Source: a virus
DNA length: 64,000 nt
Strand: one strand, 5' to 3'
IMG/VR virus record: IMGVR_UViG_3300024496_000011
The number at the start of each line of letters is the position of its first letter. Position 1 is the first letter of the stretch. The translations under genes were made by a program, and so were the position numbers. Under the pieces are notes generated by a model, which saw only the letters and a list, made by a program, of their open reading frames with translations, had not been told where the DNA came from and searched no databases. Shown in pieces: positions 18,301 through 31,600 of the stretch.

Positions 18301-21016
18301 TATTAGAATTTCTAGAGATATATGATATTTTTATTGAATTTAATTTTTCTGCATAAACACCAACAGCACCACTTATAGATCCAACAAATTCTTCTCCAAT
18401 TAATAAATCATCTGTCTTATTAGTTGGGCCCTCGATAGTTGTTAATGTTAAATTTGGTAGTTCTGGTTCTGAAGTATCATTAGATTCGTATATTCCGTAT
18501 AATTTAGTTACATCAGGTTCTAATAAACAAATATCCTCATCCTGAACTCTTGTTCCATATGGATAAGTTCCATATGTTAAACCATCATTGTTTGTAGTTG
18601 CTCCAACTCCAGAATATTGATATTTTGACTTGTCTACAATAATTGTTTTAATTCTATTTTTATTTTTAACTTTCGATTTAATATCAATTTTTCTTAAAGT
18701 ACCTATTAGTCTTCCGGTGCCAGAACTTGTTTGGAGCCCATTTATTGTCAATTCTCTTCCACCATTACCAAAGACAAGTTTATCTGAGCTTAAACTTTCA
18801 GTTAATCCAGAATCTGTAATTAAAACATATCTTTCTTCATCAAATGGTAAGAAAGTTTCATCTGATTCTGCAGATACTGTGTTTGTTGAATTTGATGTAA
18901 TTGTCACATTATATTGATTTCTCACCGTCAATGAAGATTCGGTTAAATCTACGGAAGCAACATTTCTATTTGGTAATGTTGTATATAAATTATTATCTAA
19001 AGAAGATTGGAAATTAGAATATAATATTCTAAAATCACTTGGATTTATATCTGAAGTCGGTAAACCACCATCACAGACTCCACTGACAGTAGTAACGCCA
19101 GATATTGTAATAGAACTTTGAGATACTGAATTAATTTTTGCAAAAGTATTTACAGAAAGTCCTGGATTTGAAAAAGCTACAATGTTTCCTACTGTAGCAA
19201 TTCCAGTAAAAATATAATTAGATGATGTTACCGTGCTTATTCCACCACCAGTAGCAGTAATTTTAACTTGACCAACATCTGAGATTGTAGATAATTTTAT
19301 ATCAGATGTGAATGTAGATCCGCTTCCAACAATACCATAAAGGGATTTAACATCATTTGTTGAATATGCCGTGATTGCTGTAGAAACTCTAGTATTTTCT
19401 ATACCATCAAAAATTAATCTTTCACCAATTACAAAAGTACCTTTTGTATTATATGCGGTGATAATTCCCGAATTAGATGCGTCATATCTTAAAAATCCAA
19501 CAGCACCACTAGACTTACCCTTAATATAAGTGGGTGTAGTTAAACTAATAGGTTCATTTAATGAAATTTCTGTATAAGTTTGTATATCATACAAAGAAAT
19601 ATCCCATTCATTAGAATCTGGTTGAGAAGTATTATATGATCCAGATTCTAATGCAAAATCATAAACTCTTGCAAGACCTATTTCTTTTCCCGAAGAGTTG
19701 GTTTGATTTGTCCCTACTCTAGAATCTCTTAAACTTACAGTATAAGATGTTGATATTCCTAGAGATGGTGATCCATAGACTCTATTTAAAGTATATGTTG
19801 GACCTGTTACATAATTTACGCTTTGATTTTGTAATAGTTTTGTTGTTCTTGGTTTTTCAAAATCCAAATATGTTGTTCCTACAACATCTATCTCATATCC
19901 ACTCACAAATGCTTTAAGTGGAGAAATTATATAAGTACCTAAATCATCAGAAGCTTTGTTATTATTATATGTTACTTGATTATCTTTAAATACGCCACCA
20001 TTTCCCTTTAAATCATCTAAAGTTTCTTTAACGGAGAGAGATGGGGATTTTACATAATAATTTCCAGATTCATCATAAGTTCTTCTTGCAAATTCTTTTT
20101 CAAGAATATTATAATCTGGATTATTAATTTGTTTTTGTATTATACCATTTCTAACTTCTAAAAGTTGAACAAAGTTTGGAGTAGCTTCTGGATTTTCTAC
20201 ATTTAAAGGAATTTTTGAAAGTATTGCTTGAATTGATAATCGATCTGCTCCAGGTGCAGCGTAATTTGAAAATCCTTGGGCATTATCATTTAAATCAATA
20301 TCATCATCGGGAGTTATAATACTCTCAAATATTTCTAGTCCAACTCTATAGCTTGGATAATTTGAATATTGATCTAATAAAATAGTTTGATCATCTACAG
20401 TAACAAAATGACCTCTAAGGTAGTAAACACCTTCGGAAATATTTACTGCTGATCCTATTGAGTTTGGATTTGATAAAATTGTAGCGGCAAATCCTTCATT
20501 TTGTTGAATTATTACATTTTTATCTCCAAAAATAGTGCTTTGCTCTGATATCCCATCTTCCACCAGCAAAACTTCATTCGAACCAAATCCTTGATAACTA
20601 TTTGATAGTAGATCTGAATTTAAAAAATTAACATATAAAGTGTTATTATTTCTTTCCGAATTAGAAAAATCTAAAACACCAACAACTACAGCTCTAACTC
20701 CACTATTTACGCCACGAATTGTCTTCCCTATCAAATAAGGAAGATATTCTATTACATTAATACCAAGATAACTTTCTTGAATTTCTACTGCATAATAGTT
20801 GTCAATATAATTAATATTTCCGGGAATTACAATAGATCCTTCTTTGAAAAAATGATTTCCAAATTTTTCAATTTGATTTTGTAATAATGATTGAAGAGTG
20901 GTTAATTCTCTAGCTTGAACTGGATAACCGGGTTTAAATAAAACTTTATAATATTGACTTTCTGGGTCAAAGTCATCAAAATATGGAGAAACATTAAGGT
21001 TGGTTTGCTGTGGCAT
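15362..21016 (-). CDS. Large virion structural protein, DUF4815-type (1884 aa), with Pro-rich linker near C-terminus
   Basis: N-terminus NLNVSPYFDDFD...YKVLFKPGYPVQARELTTLQS, YAAPGADRL, ARRTYDESGNY, RFKSGFFVDDF; follows g8. Confidence 0.9.
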   Translation of the reverse strand: MPQQTNLNVSPYFDDFDPESQYYKVLFKPGYPVQARELTTLQSLLQNQIEKFGNHFFKEGSIVIPGNINYIDNYYAVEIQESYLGINVIEYLPYLIGKTIRGVNSGVRAVVVGVLDFSNSERNNNTLYVNFLNSDLLSNSYQGFGSNEVLLVEDGISEQSTIFGDKNVIIQQNEGFAATILSNPNSIGSAVNISEGVYYLRGHFVTVDDQTILLDQYSNYPSYRVGLEIFESIITPDDDIDLNDNAQGFSNYAAPGADRLSIQAILSKIPLNVENPEATPNFVQLLEVRNGIIQKQINNPDYNILEKEFARRTYDESGNYYVKSPSLSVKETLDDLKGNGGVFKDNQVTYNNNKASDDLGTYIISPLKAFVSGYEIDVVGTTYLDFEKPRTTKLLQNQSVNYVTGPTYTLNRVYGSPSLGISTSYTVSLRDSRVGTNQTNSSGKEIGLARVYDFALESGSYNTSQPDSNEWDISLYDIQTYTEISLNEPISLTTPTYIKGKSSGAVGFLRYDASNSGIITAYNTKGTFVIGERLIFDGIENTRVSTAITAYSTNDVKSLYGIVGSGSTFTSDIKLSTISDVGQVKITATGGGISTVTSSNYIFTGIATVGNIVAFSNPGLSVNTFAKINSVSQSSITISGVTTVSGVCDGGLPTSDINPSDFRILYSNFQSSLDNNLYTTLPNRNVASVDLTESSLTVRNQYNVTITSNSTNTVSAESDETFLPFDEERYVLITDSGLTESLSSDKLVFGNGGRELTINGLQTSSGTGRLIGTLRKIDIKSKVKNKNRIKTIIVDKSKYQYSGVGATTNNDGLTYGTYPYGTRVQDEDICLLEPDVTKLYGIYESNDTSEPELPNLTLTTIEGPTNKTDDLLIGEEFVGSISGAVGVYAEKLNSIKISYISRNSNRFRIDETITFKESGITAVITSSDAGDNNVTTNYIFDNGQRNTIYDYSRITRKSAAKEPIRKLKIVFESASFLSSDDGNITTANSYNQFDYCDIPSVNGIRNSDILDIRPRVSEFTVTTSSLSPFEFRSRSFTSSGNSASNVLASDESILLNYSYYLPRVDKIYLTKDGIFQLNKGEPADNPQPPIGIEDALDIATITLPAYLCDINDASLNLAEHKRYRMKDIYSLENRIKNLEYYTSLSLLETDTSNLFIRDVNGLNRFKSGFFVDDFSTTSSQKKVTIVKNSIDVANSELRPSPYNTLVDLVLGSNSLIGLGVTSNSQVDSRYVTDLIGTNIKKTNDIITLDYLEVEEINQPYATRVESVAPYRVGYYGGTINLAPSSDVWVDVVRLVANSTEVATNYIQSESQITASELDKQTGFGPVTWGSWETVWTGSTTAKDSRTVNVGYYIIKEDLETITKTGTSTRSGIRKITKEDTKYVSLGDTVLSSDISPFMRSRNIEFVAKRLKPLTRVYTFFSGLDVNKFIVPKLLEISMVSGTFQVGETVQGVVSDGAEILGVQSSTPKITFRVANSNHKYGPYNSPTEIFTKDPYNSVQDIPTNYSSTSTILNIDTFSLSQQALGDFFGFIQTGMRLRGNTSGAEAVITNIRLITDVNGVIIGSFFIPNPNVFGNPSFQTGTKLFRITSSSTNSLIDSTITSAEERFYSEGKINRVQENILSVRTARTETQTIIESRSEVSTGPVAVVATTIVGNTLPEPQPQPQPEPQPQPQPTPTPVFPSPIDNQPTPSWTPDPGPTTQPPPLDDIPGPTTDPGPVKPVEPKSTAGIKFLNVNAGGLVYGQRGIGGDKFVAGLFGKKLQGSNQPYYSVPLTTIKYNGKEVTYGELKKKIGANKAEQAFNAQGAKVTPTDKNYAALSTQLKESNQAKGMIPTTQNSPSLGQPAKQIQKDFVRDVRVTGPNGLTTVIPNAITVSPVNNKKKGKK
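15976..16046 (+). repeat. Low-complexity GGTTGT/GGTTCT hexamer repeat encoding (PQ/PE)n linker
   Basis: ggttgtggttgtggttgaggttctggttgtggttgtggttgtggttctgg, giving PEPQPQPQPEPQPQPQPTPTP on the minus strand. Confidence 0.9.
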
Positions 21017-21022
21017 GATTCT

Positions 21023-22579
21023 TTAGAATTGCAAAATGACTTTGATATCTTCTTTTTGATTTGATGACCTAGTTATAGAAGGTCTGTTATCAACATATAT
21101 AATGTTTCCAGAATATTTTTTTACTTCTGGATCAGAAACACCATTAATAAATGTTTGACCGACATAATACTTTCTATTATTTATTGTAGTAGATACACCA
21201 GTAAATGAAGTATCAATTCCTAATCCACTTATACCTGAGGAATTAATGGTCAAAGATCCACCTGTGCTTGGAGATGATGTAAACCTATGCATTTTAAATC
21301 CATAAATTGAATTTGGGTTTTTTGTACCATCACTATTAAATCCAACTAAAGTTCTATCCTGCCAATATTTTAAAACACCAGTATTTTTATCATAAGAAAC
21401 AACTCTACCTACAGCTGTAGATCCTATTCCTATTGTTTGAGTGATAACGCTATCGTAAATAAAATTCGCAGTACTATAAGCGATTCCAACAAGTTTTAAT
21501 GCAGATAAAGCACTAGATTTGTCTTTATTTAAAATTTGATTTGATCCAAACGCTAACGGATTTTCTACTATTCCAACCCTTGCAATTTGATTACCAACAA
21601 TAAAATCTGGATTTTCTAAATCATTTTCTATTCTAGAATATACTAAAACTCTATACGCACCCAATTCTCTATAAATGTCGTATCCATGGCCATTTTGGGG
21701 AGGAATAATGACATCAAAAACTGGAGGTGTTGATCCAGCGGGAACTCCTCCGGCAGATAAATTTACAGTTCCATATGAGTATCCAGAACCGCCATTTGTA
21801 ATAATAGCGGATTGTACTCTAGAGTCGCTATTAATCACTATGGTACATTCTGCTCCAGTTCCATCTCCATTTATAGGAACCCTAGTGTATGTTCTTCCTG
21901 CAGTACCAATTCCAGTTCCTCTATTAGTAACTGTTACAATTTTAATTTGACCGCTCACTTCCGCGTTATTTCTAACTGCAGAATAATCGCTGTTTGTCTC
22001 CCAATCAGAGGGAACTGGAATAAAATTAGTAGATTCAAACTTCACTAATTCATTCGGTTTAATAGTATATAAGTATTTCCAGATGTAACCATCTTCACTA
22101 TCGCCAGCAGATCTTGGCTCTAAATCAGTAAAAGTTGGTTCGTCTAAAGAAGGTTTTCCTTTTGGATTTTCTGGGTCAACACCATTATAAAGACATATAT
22201 AAACTCTATAATCACTATTAACTACATAAAAATTTGATGCATATAAACTAGTTGCATTTGAAGGTACTGATAAATTTGTTCTACTAATATCATGTCTATA
22301 CATATCATAGACAGTTCCAGAACTCCAAGTAATTTTTCTTATTACCTGTCTGACATCACCCGGCAAAATCTTTTTTAATGCAATTATAGTGTCCCAATAA
22401 TCATTTTCCTGATCAAAATTATCTTTTGGCGATGGTGGAACAGAGTCCCAATTAGAATCATAATTTGTTGCATTCGGTAAACCTACAAAAGTATAATAAC
22501 CGTTTGCAGAAGAAGTTGCTGCCGCAACAAAGTTTTTTGCGTTTAATATTCTAATTTGATCAGTTATAATTGCAGACAT
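21023..22579 (-). CDS. g8: Baseplate wedge subunit gp8
   Basis: W.SGTVYDMY, FYVVNSDYRVYICLYNG, DGYIWKYLYTI, YVDNRPSITRSSNQKEDIKVILQF. Confidence 0.93.
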   Translation of the reverse strand: MSAIITDQIRILNAKNFVAAATSSANGYYTFVGLPNATNYDSNWDSVPPSPKDNFDQENDYWDTIIALKKILPGDVRQVIRKITWSSGTVYDMYRHDISRTNLSVPSNATSLYASNFYVVNSDYRVYICLYNGVDPENPKGKPSLDEPTFTDLEPRSAGDSEDGYIWKYLYTIKPNELVKFESTNFIPVPSDWETNSDYSAVRNNAEVSGQIKIVTVTNRGTGIGTAGRTYTRVPINGDGTGAECTIVINSDSRVQSAIITNGGSGYSYGTVNLSAGGVPAGSTPPVFDVIIPPQNGHGYDIYRELGAYRVLVYSRIENDLENPDFIVGNQIARVGIVENPLAFGSNQILNKDKSSALSALKLVGIAYSTANFIYDSVITQTIGIGSTAVGRVVSYDKNTGVLKYWQDRTLVGFNSDGTKNPNSIYGFKMHRFTSSPSTGGSLTINSSGISGLGIDTSFTGVSTTINNRKYYVGQTFINGVSDPEVKKYSGNIIYVDNRPSITRSSNQKEDIKVILQF

Positions 22580-22592
22580 TTTGCCGTTTTTT

Positions 22593-22599
22593 TATTTAT
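22593..22599 (-). promoter_or_regulatory. Late promoter ATAAATA for g8
   Basis: tatttat in the g7-g8 gap. Confidence 0.55.
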
Positions 22600-22608
22600 T
22601 TATGAATA

Positions 22609-25600
22609 TTATTGTAAAGTAGTTGAATAACCAACATATCTCAAAGGATTAATTCTTTGGATAACCGCAGATGTTGACAAACCTGATATTCCATTATTTG
22701 TGTATGAAGTAAAAGATTTTGGTCTCTTTCTAACAGTGGTATTTATTTTACCCCAACTATATTCGCCATAGAAAGCACTATATCCCATTCCAGATAATCC
22801 ATTATAACCTAAGACACTTACAATCACTCTTGACACATTTGTTACTCCAATTCCAGGAACACTTGTCTGTGCTATGGAAACTGATGCAACTTTGTAAACA
22901 TTGTCCAAACAAGATGTCCCAACTCCAACTATTGAAGAGGATGAATCTAGAGATGTTATTCCATAACCAATGTTAGAATTAAAAATAGTAAAGTAATAGT
23001 CTGTTTTAATTCCACTTATTCCTGTAGTAGCTACTCCAACATTAATATTTGTGTTTCGTAAGTAGGACTCTGTTGGTACAAATAAATCAAATATAATTCC
23101 AGTTGAAGCTATTCCAACAGATGTTGTCTGAACACCAACAATAATTCCAAAATCACCTTCATAAGTAACATCTTCAATTTTTTCTGTTTTGGGTGATGGA
23201 TAAGAAATTAAAACATAAGGTGGTTTCGATTGAGTATATCCAGATCCTGGGTTTGTAATTGTGAATGAAGTTACAATCCCCGATGATATTGATGATGTCA
23301 CTAAACAAGTGCTTCCAATTCCAGTAGGAGATGAAATAGTAACAGATGGTGATGTGGTAAATCCAAGTCCGCCATTTGTTAACGAAATAGCAGATATTGT
23401 TCCTGCAATAGAAACTACTGCCGTAGCAGATGCTCCAACTAAACTATCTTGAGATGTTATTAATATTTTTGTTTTATATGGAACCGTTGCATTTTCTCTT
23501 AGGTCATCGAAGAAAATCTTTGCATTTTGTACAAAAATCTCTGTCGAACCTACACTAACATTCTGTATAATATTAGTGGTTGGTTGAATTAATGACTCAT
23601 ATAAAATTCTATCTTTGCCAACTTCTTTTCCATTGACAATCTTATCTTCGGTTTGTTTACACCAAACTACAGGTCTTACTAAATTTTCATCTAAAGATAG
23701 TCCAACATCTGAATATGGATTAGTCTCAACGCTATCTGACGAAACAATATCAGTTACTAATCTTTCATTCTCTTTCAATGAAATAGAATCGCCGTTTATC
23801 CTCAGATTATCTCCAACTTTTACAGATTCTAGAATATCTGCAAAAACAACATCAACTTGACTGGTTCCTTTGTAGAATATAATCTTACAAGAATCACCTT
23901 CTTTTGGTGCTTCCGTAAATGTAATTATACTTCCGCCATTAAATATGTAACCAGATCCTGGAACTTGTAAAATATCATTAATAAAAACTAATAATGTTGA
24001 CTGTACATCAATACTCGATCCGCTTAAAGATCTAATGGCTGTTTGAATTCCATCTATTTTAATTGGGAAATTTCTTCTTCTGCCATTAAATAAATTTTCT
24101 ACCTTATCAATAACTTGAAAATCTCCAATTGACCATCCAGAGAACTGGTCAGAAAATACCTGATCAATAGTAATCTCAAAATTTCTAAATGGTTTTGTTG
24201 GATCTGTAGGAATTCCTACCAATCCACCAACAGGAACCGTTAATAATTCTGACACTTTATATGCATAACCAAGATTTTTAATTTCAAAATTAACCACACT
24301 GGATCCTTGACCAACTATTATGTCTATGGTTGCCTGTGTTCCAACACCAGAATATCCACCTGAATATACTAAAGGAATATCTGAATAATTTAATGGACTT
24401 TCAAAAACAACAGTTGGTGGATTTGATGTTGTATAACCAGATCCGGGATTAGTTATGATAACATTATTTGATATATGACCTGACAAAATTGTAGCAAAAC
24501 CAACAAATTGATAATTAAGGAGTCCAGTACTTGAAGTTTTAACTCCAACATCAACCAGACCAACCATTGGAGAATTTAGAGATATTAATGCGGTTGCATC
24601 TTTACTAATTATTTGACTTGTTGTACTTGCCGCACCAATTGTAATATAAGTAGACCCAACAGAAACAATTGGCACATTAACTAAAACAGATCCTATTCCA
24701 ATAGTATTTGCTGATGAGAATAAAAGTTTTCCAAATACACCATCAATATTATCGATAGGTATAATTGTCTGACCTGATCCGACCGTAGTTGAAACCTTAG
24801 TTATAATTTCATATTTTAGTGAAGATCTATATCCAGATCCAGTATTTCCAATGCTGATTGATGAAATAGTTCCGGCAGAAGAAACTATCGAAGTTCCACC
24901 TGCAGAAACTAAAGGTTGGTAACCAAATCCTTGTGTAGAACCTACAGAAATTATAATACCACCTCTAGGTATACTAGAAGTATTAATATCATATGCAGTA
25001 GAAGATATATTTCCAGTAAAACCAATTGTTGTTATACCAGAGTTTTCTTCCAATTTATAATCACCAAAAATATTAATGGATCCAAGTCTTTGTGGTTCCT
25101 GGAATACATTATTGATTAAAATAACCGCAGATGATCCAGATGTTGATAAACCGGAAACATTTGACCCAGAAGATTTTAGAGTAAACTGAGTAGAAACTCC
25201 ACTAAACTGTTCATCTAAACTATCAAAAACATAGTTAGTTTTATATGTGTCTTCGTTTGAATTTTCTATACCAGATCTTAAGAAAACTCTTCCACTAAAA
25301 GTTGATCTTGTAGTAATACCTGTAAAATCTCTGGCATCTGGTCTATTTGTTATTGTTCCAATCGGAGAATTTCCGTAAGGTGCGTCAATAAAATGAATTG
25401 TATTATCTACAATATTATAATTGCCCATGATCTTAGTTACAAGAGACCCATTAGAGTGATCGTCTGGATTTGTTCCCATCCAACCACGAGAAACTAAAAG
25501 TACATTTGTGCTACCAAAACCTACTGAATTTACTTTTACAATCTCGTCATCAATCTTTAATAAATCTCCTCCAAATATAGAACTTATACCGGAAAGTGAG

Positions 25601-28600
25601 ATTGTTTCTTCATTTAATTGAGAAAGATTAGATAATGTAGTAGTTGTTGAAGTCGAAACAATTGGAGATTGAATAAAATTATCAATACTTATTAAACATT
25701 TACTGTTTTGCTTTGTTGAGGTAAATGTATGTGTTGTGCCAATACCTACAGAAGTTAAAATTAAAGGTTCTGGTATTGGTTTTAGGGCATTTTCTGCAGA
25801 TGCGGACAATCTTATACTCAAGTCATTAACTTTTATTGCATATACTGTTGAAGGAACTTTATCAGTGGTTCCAATGCCAGCAATAGTTGTAGTAGCAATA
25901 CCAATTTTTTCTCCACCACCAGAATTATATACCAATTCTTCTCCAGTAACGAAGAAGTGTTTTGGTAATCTGATCGTATTATTTTCAATATTAACTATTG
26001 ATGTGTCTGAAGAATCTATTCTTCTTTGGAAAATTGGAGTTTCTTTATGTTTTAAGTCAAATGATTTTTTAACACTGTTAAATGTTCCTTCATAGCTAGA
26101 GAATCTGGAAAGAATATTTGCATTATTAAAATTATAAAATTCAAAAGAATTTGAGGTATCAACAACACGCATTGCATGTTGATAAACTCTAACATCGACC
26201 GATATGTTAGGATCTGCGGTAAAATAAAGATTTGTCCCAGTTGACCCAATTCCTGCTCCTATTGTCCCAATACCGGATCCAGAAACTGTTTCAATTGTAC
26301 CATATTCAAGCAAATAAGTTTCACCTCCATCATCTACTAATACAACCTCAGATGCTTTATATCTGTTGTTTGTAGTATCCTCAGCAACTATAAAATAGTA
26401 AGCGCCAGAATGATTTGTATCGTAGGTTGATATTTTTGTTTCTGTGGGACTTGCTGAAGATAAAATAGAAGTATAAGTGGACTTTAATTCACCTGTATTG
26501 AATGTGAGATTTCCAGAAGTTACTGCAGATGAAGTGCTTCCAATAGAAATTCCTAAAGTATTTGCAAAATATGTAGTGCCAACACCAACATTAGGGGTAA
26601 AGTCCAGATTTATAACAGATCCGGAAATATATGCAGAATAAGTTCCTATTGAATCTAAACCACTGTACGCAAGTCTATTTGCATTAGAAAGTCTTCCATA
26701 TTCGGTAATATTTACATTAGTACCATCATGAATAAGAGTTAATTCGCTAAATTCAAAGTAAGTTCCATCAGATGCGGTCAATTCAACTAAAACTTTTGAA
26801 GATCTATAAGAAGATCCAATTCCAACAATTGTAGTTGTTGTACTTGGTGGTATTACTGCCCTTGAAGATTCTAATGTTGCGATATTTCCTAAAGATGTAT
26901 TTCCAACACTTGAAACAGAATCAGAAATACTGTAAGACATAACACTAATATCATAATCATTTATAGTGTAATTAATTGGATAAAATCTCAATATTCCCTG
27001 AGAACCTAAAATAGAAAAATCGAAGGATCCTAAATCGTAATTAGATGAAACTTTTCCATACTGAAGCATATATGATTCCAGTTCATCTTGCACTAGAGAG
27101 ACCAAACATATTTGTCGGAGTCCGCTAAATTTTTTATCTCTAACATATGTTACATATTTTTTGGCTCTTATAGTTGATAGGACAAAAGACTCTATGTTCG
27201 AATAAGTATCTGTTTTTGGAATATTGCTAAATTGATCGCTAAAATCATCGACTAGTAATACTCTATTTCCTATAGACTGAAGTTCATCCTGTAAAGAAAT
27301 TGAACTGAATGCAATTTCTTTTGAGAAATAATTCGAATCAATAGTTATAACTCTTTCCTTCACTAAATCGTAATCATTTATGCAATTTAAGTCAACTTCG
27401 GAAACTAAGTCTGCAATACCGATAAAATTGCCTTGATCTTGAACTGTTGATATTCCAGTAAATCCGGAATCAACAGATTCTGCGACAAGATCTCCAAATT
27501 TTTTGAATCCAGATGTATGATTTAAGTTTCCAATAGATTTATTCCAAGTTTCATAATCTACCTTTGATTTTATAGCATAAGAGAAGTATTGATAATAATT
27601 ATTATCTGGAGTAACTTGAAATTGGTTATTCAAAAATCCAACTTCATCTTCCCATCCTTGATTTACAACTGAAGATCCATCAACAGAATAAATTGCAATA
27701 AGATCTTCTATTTTCGTTATTATACCTTTAGTGTTGGAAGTTTCTCCTCTGATAAAGACTCCTGTATTAAAATAATCTTTACTTGTTATTTTCAACTGCT
27801 CAGAATATTGATTCCAATTCAAAACATTGCCATAAGAAGAATCGCTAGTAACTTTTTCTCCTTTAATAAACTTTCCTTTTTCTAAAACAGGATCAAATAT
27901 TGGGAAGTATTTACTTGGTACAATTATTGCTGCAGAATTTTCTTCATCAAAAGTCCCCGGATTTTCATTTACCCCCAAATAATTAGATAAGTTATATACA
28001 ACAGTTGCGCCAGATCCACCATACTGTGGATTAACTGATGTCAATGTAAATAATTCATAATTGTAGTTTTTAGAGTTATATCCTCTGAATGAGGTTGAAC
28101 CCGAACTAATAATATTTGCACTTTCAACTAAAATTTTATCACCTATTGAAAGAGGAAATTCTTGACCATAACTAAAATTAACAGCCAATTCAACAGTAAC
28201 ATCTTTTGTTGTACTGTTAAATGTTATGTTATTAACTGGAATTCCATTGGAATTATTGACTGGTAAGATTTTTGGAGTTGCATCGTAAATACCATCAGTA
28301 TTTTTTAAAATATTTACTTTTTTATTAAGGATATCATATTCTAAATCAATATCCGTAACTACTTTATTAGTATAAGAGTCTATAACGACTAACTTTGGTG
28401 AAAGTGTGTAATTAATACCAACTGAAGATACGCCAACTGACTTAAAAGTTGATGATGGATTGATGGTTAAAATTTGAGGAAGTTTTGCAGAAGGTCTTAA
28501 TGTTGTATCTGCAGAATATTCAAACCCAATATCATCAATTTCTATTTTTTTAATAGAACCTATATCTGTACTAGATATATTAAATATTGCACCTCTTCCA

Positions 28601-31600
28601 GTGTTACTAATAACACTGGTTATTCCTGGAACAGAGGAATAATTTCTGCCGCCAGATCTTAATTCAAGATCTTCAATGCAACCTGTTACATTTTTTGAAT
28701 TAGTATAATATTCAAAAAATCCATCAGATTCTGTGTAAGATAAACTTTCTGGATATGTTAAAATATTAAATTTAAATGTTGTCTGACCAACACCTAAGAT
28801 TGTATGATATCCCGAATAACCGCTATTTGTTAAAGAAAGTTTGTTATTATTTCGGACTTCATCATCAGTGATTATTTCTTTCTTTATTGAACTATTGCTA
28901 AGTAAGTCAATAGGAACCAAAGAATAATACAAATCAAAATTTAAATTATTGGTCGTTAAAGTGACTATAGCATTTGATCCAATTTTGCCTGATTTTACAA
29001 TTTCAAATTGAGAAGAATCCGTTGTTTTTTTGAATTCTTCACTAAAACTAGGATCAAAATATAATTTAAAGTCAAAAGCTGGGTAAGAATTTTGATCCTT
29101 AATATATGATAAGGAACTATCAGAAAGATCAAATCTAACAACTTGATTGGGTATTACATTTAGTTCTGGATTGACTAAAGAAATTGTACCAAAAGAAGCA
29201 CTCGTAAAATCTATAATCTCTGGAATAGTTTTAGTAGAGTTATAGTATGATGAAGATAATTTAATCCTATCCTTATCAAACCTTACGATATAATATATTT
29301 GATTGTCTAAAAGTCCACCAATTGGAGTATTGGAAGAATAAATTATTTTTTGTCCAGTATAATACCCGTGATTTGGGATATTAATTGTATTATTTGTGAT
29401 GTTTACTTTTGATGAAATAAATGATACCGGATTAATTACTAATCTTCTATGTTTATCGTTATATTTTACTGTAATAGTAGTAGTAATACCAGGTAAAGAA
29501 TTCATGTAAATTACTTCACCATTACTTAACCCATGAGACGATGCCGTAGAGACTGTAATAGTATTTTTTACAATTTCTCCACTTAAGACATTATCATAAT
29601 TAGTTTTAAAACTATGATTTACTCCAGAACCAATATTAATAAAATATAATAATGATGCAGATATGCTACTATCTATTCCGACGAAAGAACCAGTAGAACC
29701 TAGACCTACTCTATAAGTGGATATTCCTACCAAATCATTCGAAATTTTAGTTGCATATAACACCTGATTGTCTGCTAATTGGAAATTAACAGAACCATCA
29801 TCAGAAACATAAAAAGGCGATCCACCATTACTAGAATATATTAATTCAGTTCCAGTATCTAAAGAATGATTAGGCAAATACATTGTTTTGGTTGGAACAA
29901 AGATATTTGTAATCCCAGCTCCAGGATTTGAGAAATATATTGTAGAACCAATACTAGCTCCAGAAGAAGAACCTATAGATAAAGACTCTTTAGGATCAAA
30001 GTAAATAGTCTTATTTAAATTATAATTTTGATTCTGACCGTTAATAGAATTTACAACAAATTTTCTAGTTTGCTCATAAAGAACAGATGTTGCCGTGTGA
30101 GATGCTCCAACTGTAGAATCATATTCTCTAATCACTTTGATTCTTGACGATAATTTATCGATAGATAAAATTCTTACTTTTTCATCATCAATTTTATAAA
30201 TGTCATTTTCCCTAATATTTGGGAAATTCAACGATCCATTTACCTCAAAATAGGTTACTATTCCAGTAGCAGAAGAAGATCCTACAGATTTAGATAAAAT
30301 TAAAGTATCAGATCTAATTCCAACTTCAAAAAGACTGTCAAAATCTTTTGAAGAAGTGCTCAATCCTGATATAGAAATTATATCTTTGTTAAAAAGACTA
30401 TGTGGCAGTGTGCAGAATCCAATGAATTTACCTGTAGAGTCGTATGGATAAAATTCTACTGATTGCGAAGAAGTTGAAGCAAAACTAATATTTTTAATTG
30501 ATTTTCCTTTTACATATGAAACATGCGCATATGCATCAGATCCCCCAGAATTAAAATTATTAAATCTTACGAGATCTCCAACTTTATATCCAGATCCTCC
30601 TGTTACAATTCCTATATTTGATATTCTTCCACTAGTGGAAGATTTTACTATTGAAACTGGTTCTTTAACTTTAATTGGGTTGAAAACAAAATCGTAGTTT
30701 GAAGTATTGCTAGTAAATTTATAAGGTGTAGTATTTCTTAATAACTGCTCAGAAACAAAGTCAAAAGTATTTTGACTTATACTCCTATCATAATTGAATT
30801 GGATTGAATCTGATTTAAAAGTATTTCCAATTAAATATGGAAAGACTGGTTTTTTATAGTTCTTGAAAACTCCATCAGTCTCTGTTGGTCCATTATTAAT
30901 AGTTGCGAAATATGCATAAACTCCATTTGGATATTCTGGAGTAATACAAAATCTTCCATTATGTCTATCCAAATCACCCGAACCATTGAATTGATAATCT
31001 TCGACAAAAAAACCTTCAGAATAAATTCTATTTCCTGAAGATATTGGATTTGGTCTGTCACTTGATGGTTGATAAACATATCCAGATACCATCTCTCTAA
31101 TATTTCCACTACCAGAAGGATTATCATATCCATATGGTCCATAAATTGGATTTCCGTCATATGCCCATCCAATAATAGGAGAGTGTACATATGATGTTAC
31201 TTCTCTACTATTTGATAATTTCAAATCTGCAACATAAGTTTTTTTACCATTTACATAATCAATACCAAAAACACTTCTCCTCAATTTTCTTGGTGCATAT
31301 AAATGACAATATTGGGATCCGTTTATTGTATATGAAGATACATCAATAATTCCATCGTCATCTAAAACTTTTTTAGATTCCAAATACTGCTGAACTTTGT
31401 TAATAGTCCAAGATTTTATTTTGGTCTCACATTTAAAGTTTTGACCAGATGGAACAACATTTACATAAGTGCTTGATGTAGTAAATCCAGATCCTCCATT
31501 TACTACTTTTACTTCTACTATTTTGCCATTATTAATTACTGGAGTTAAAACTGCTCCTGTTCCAATACCCAAAATATTAATATTTGGTGGTGCAGTGTAA

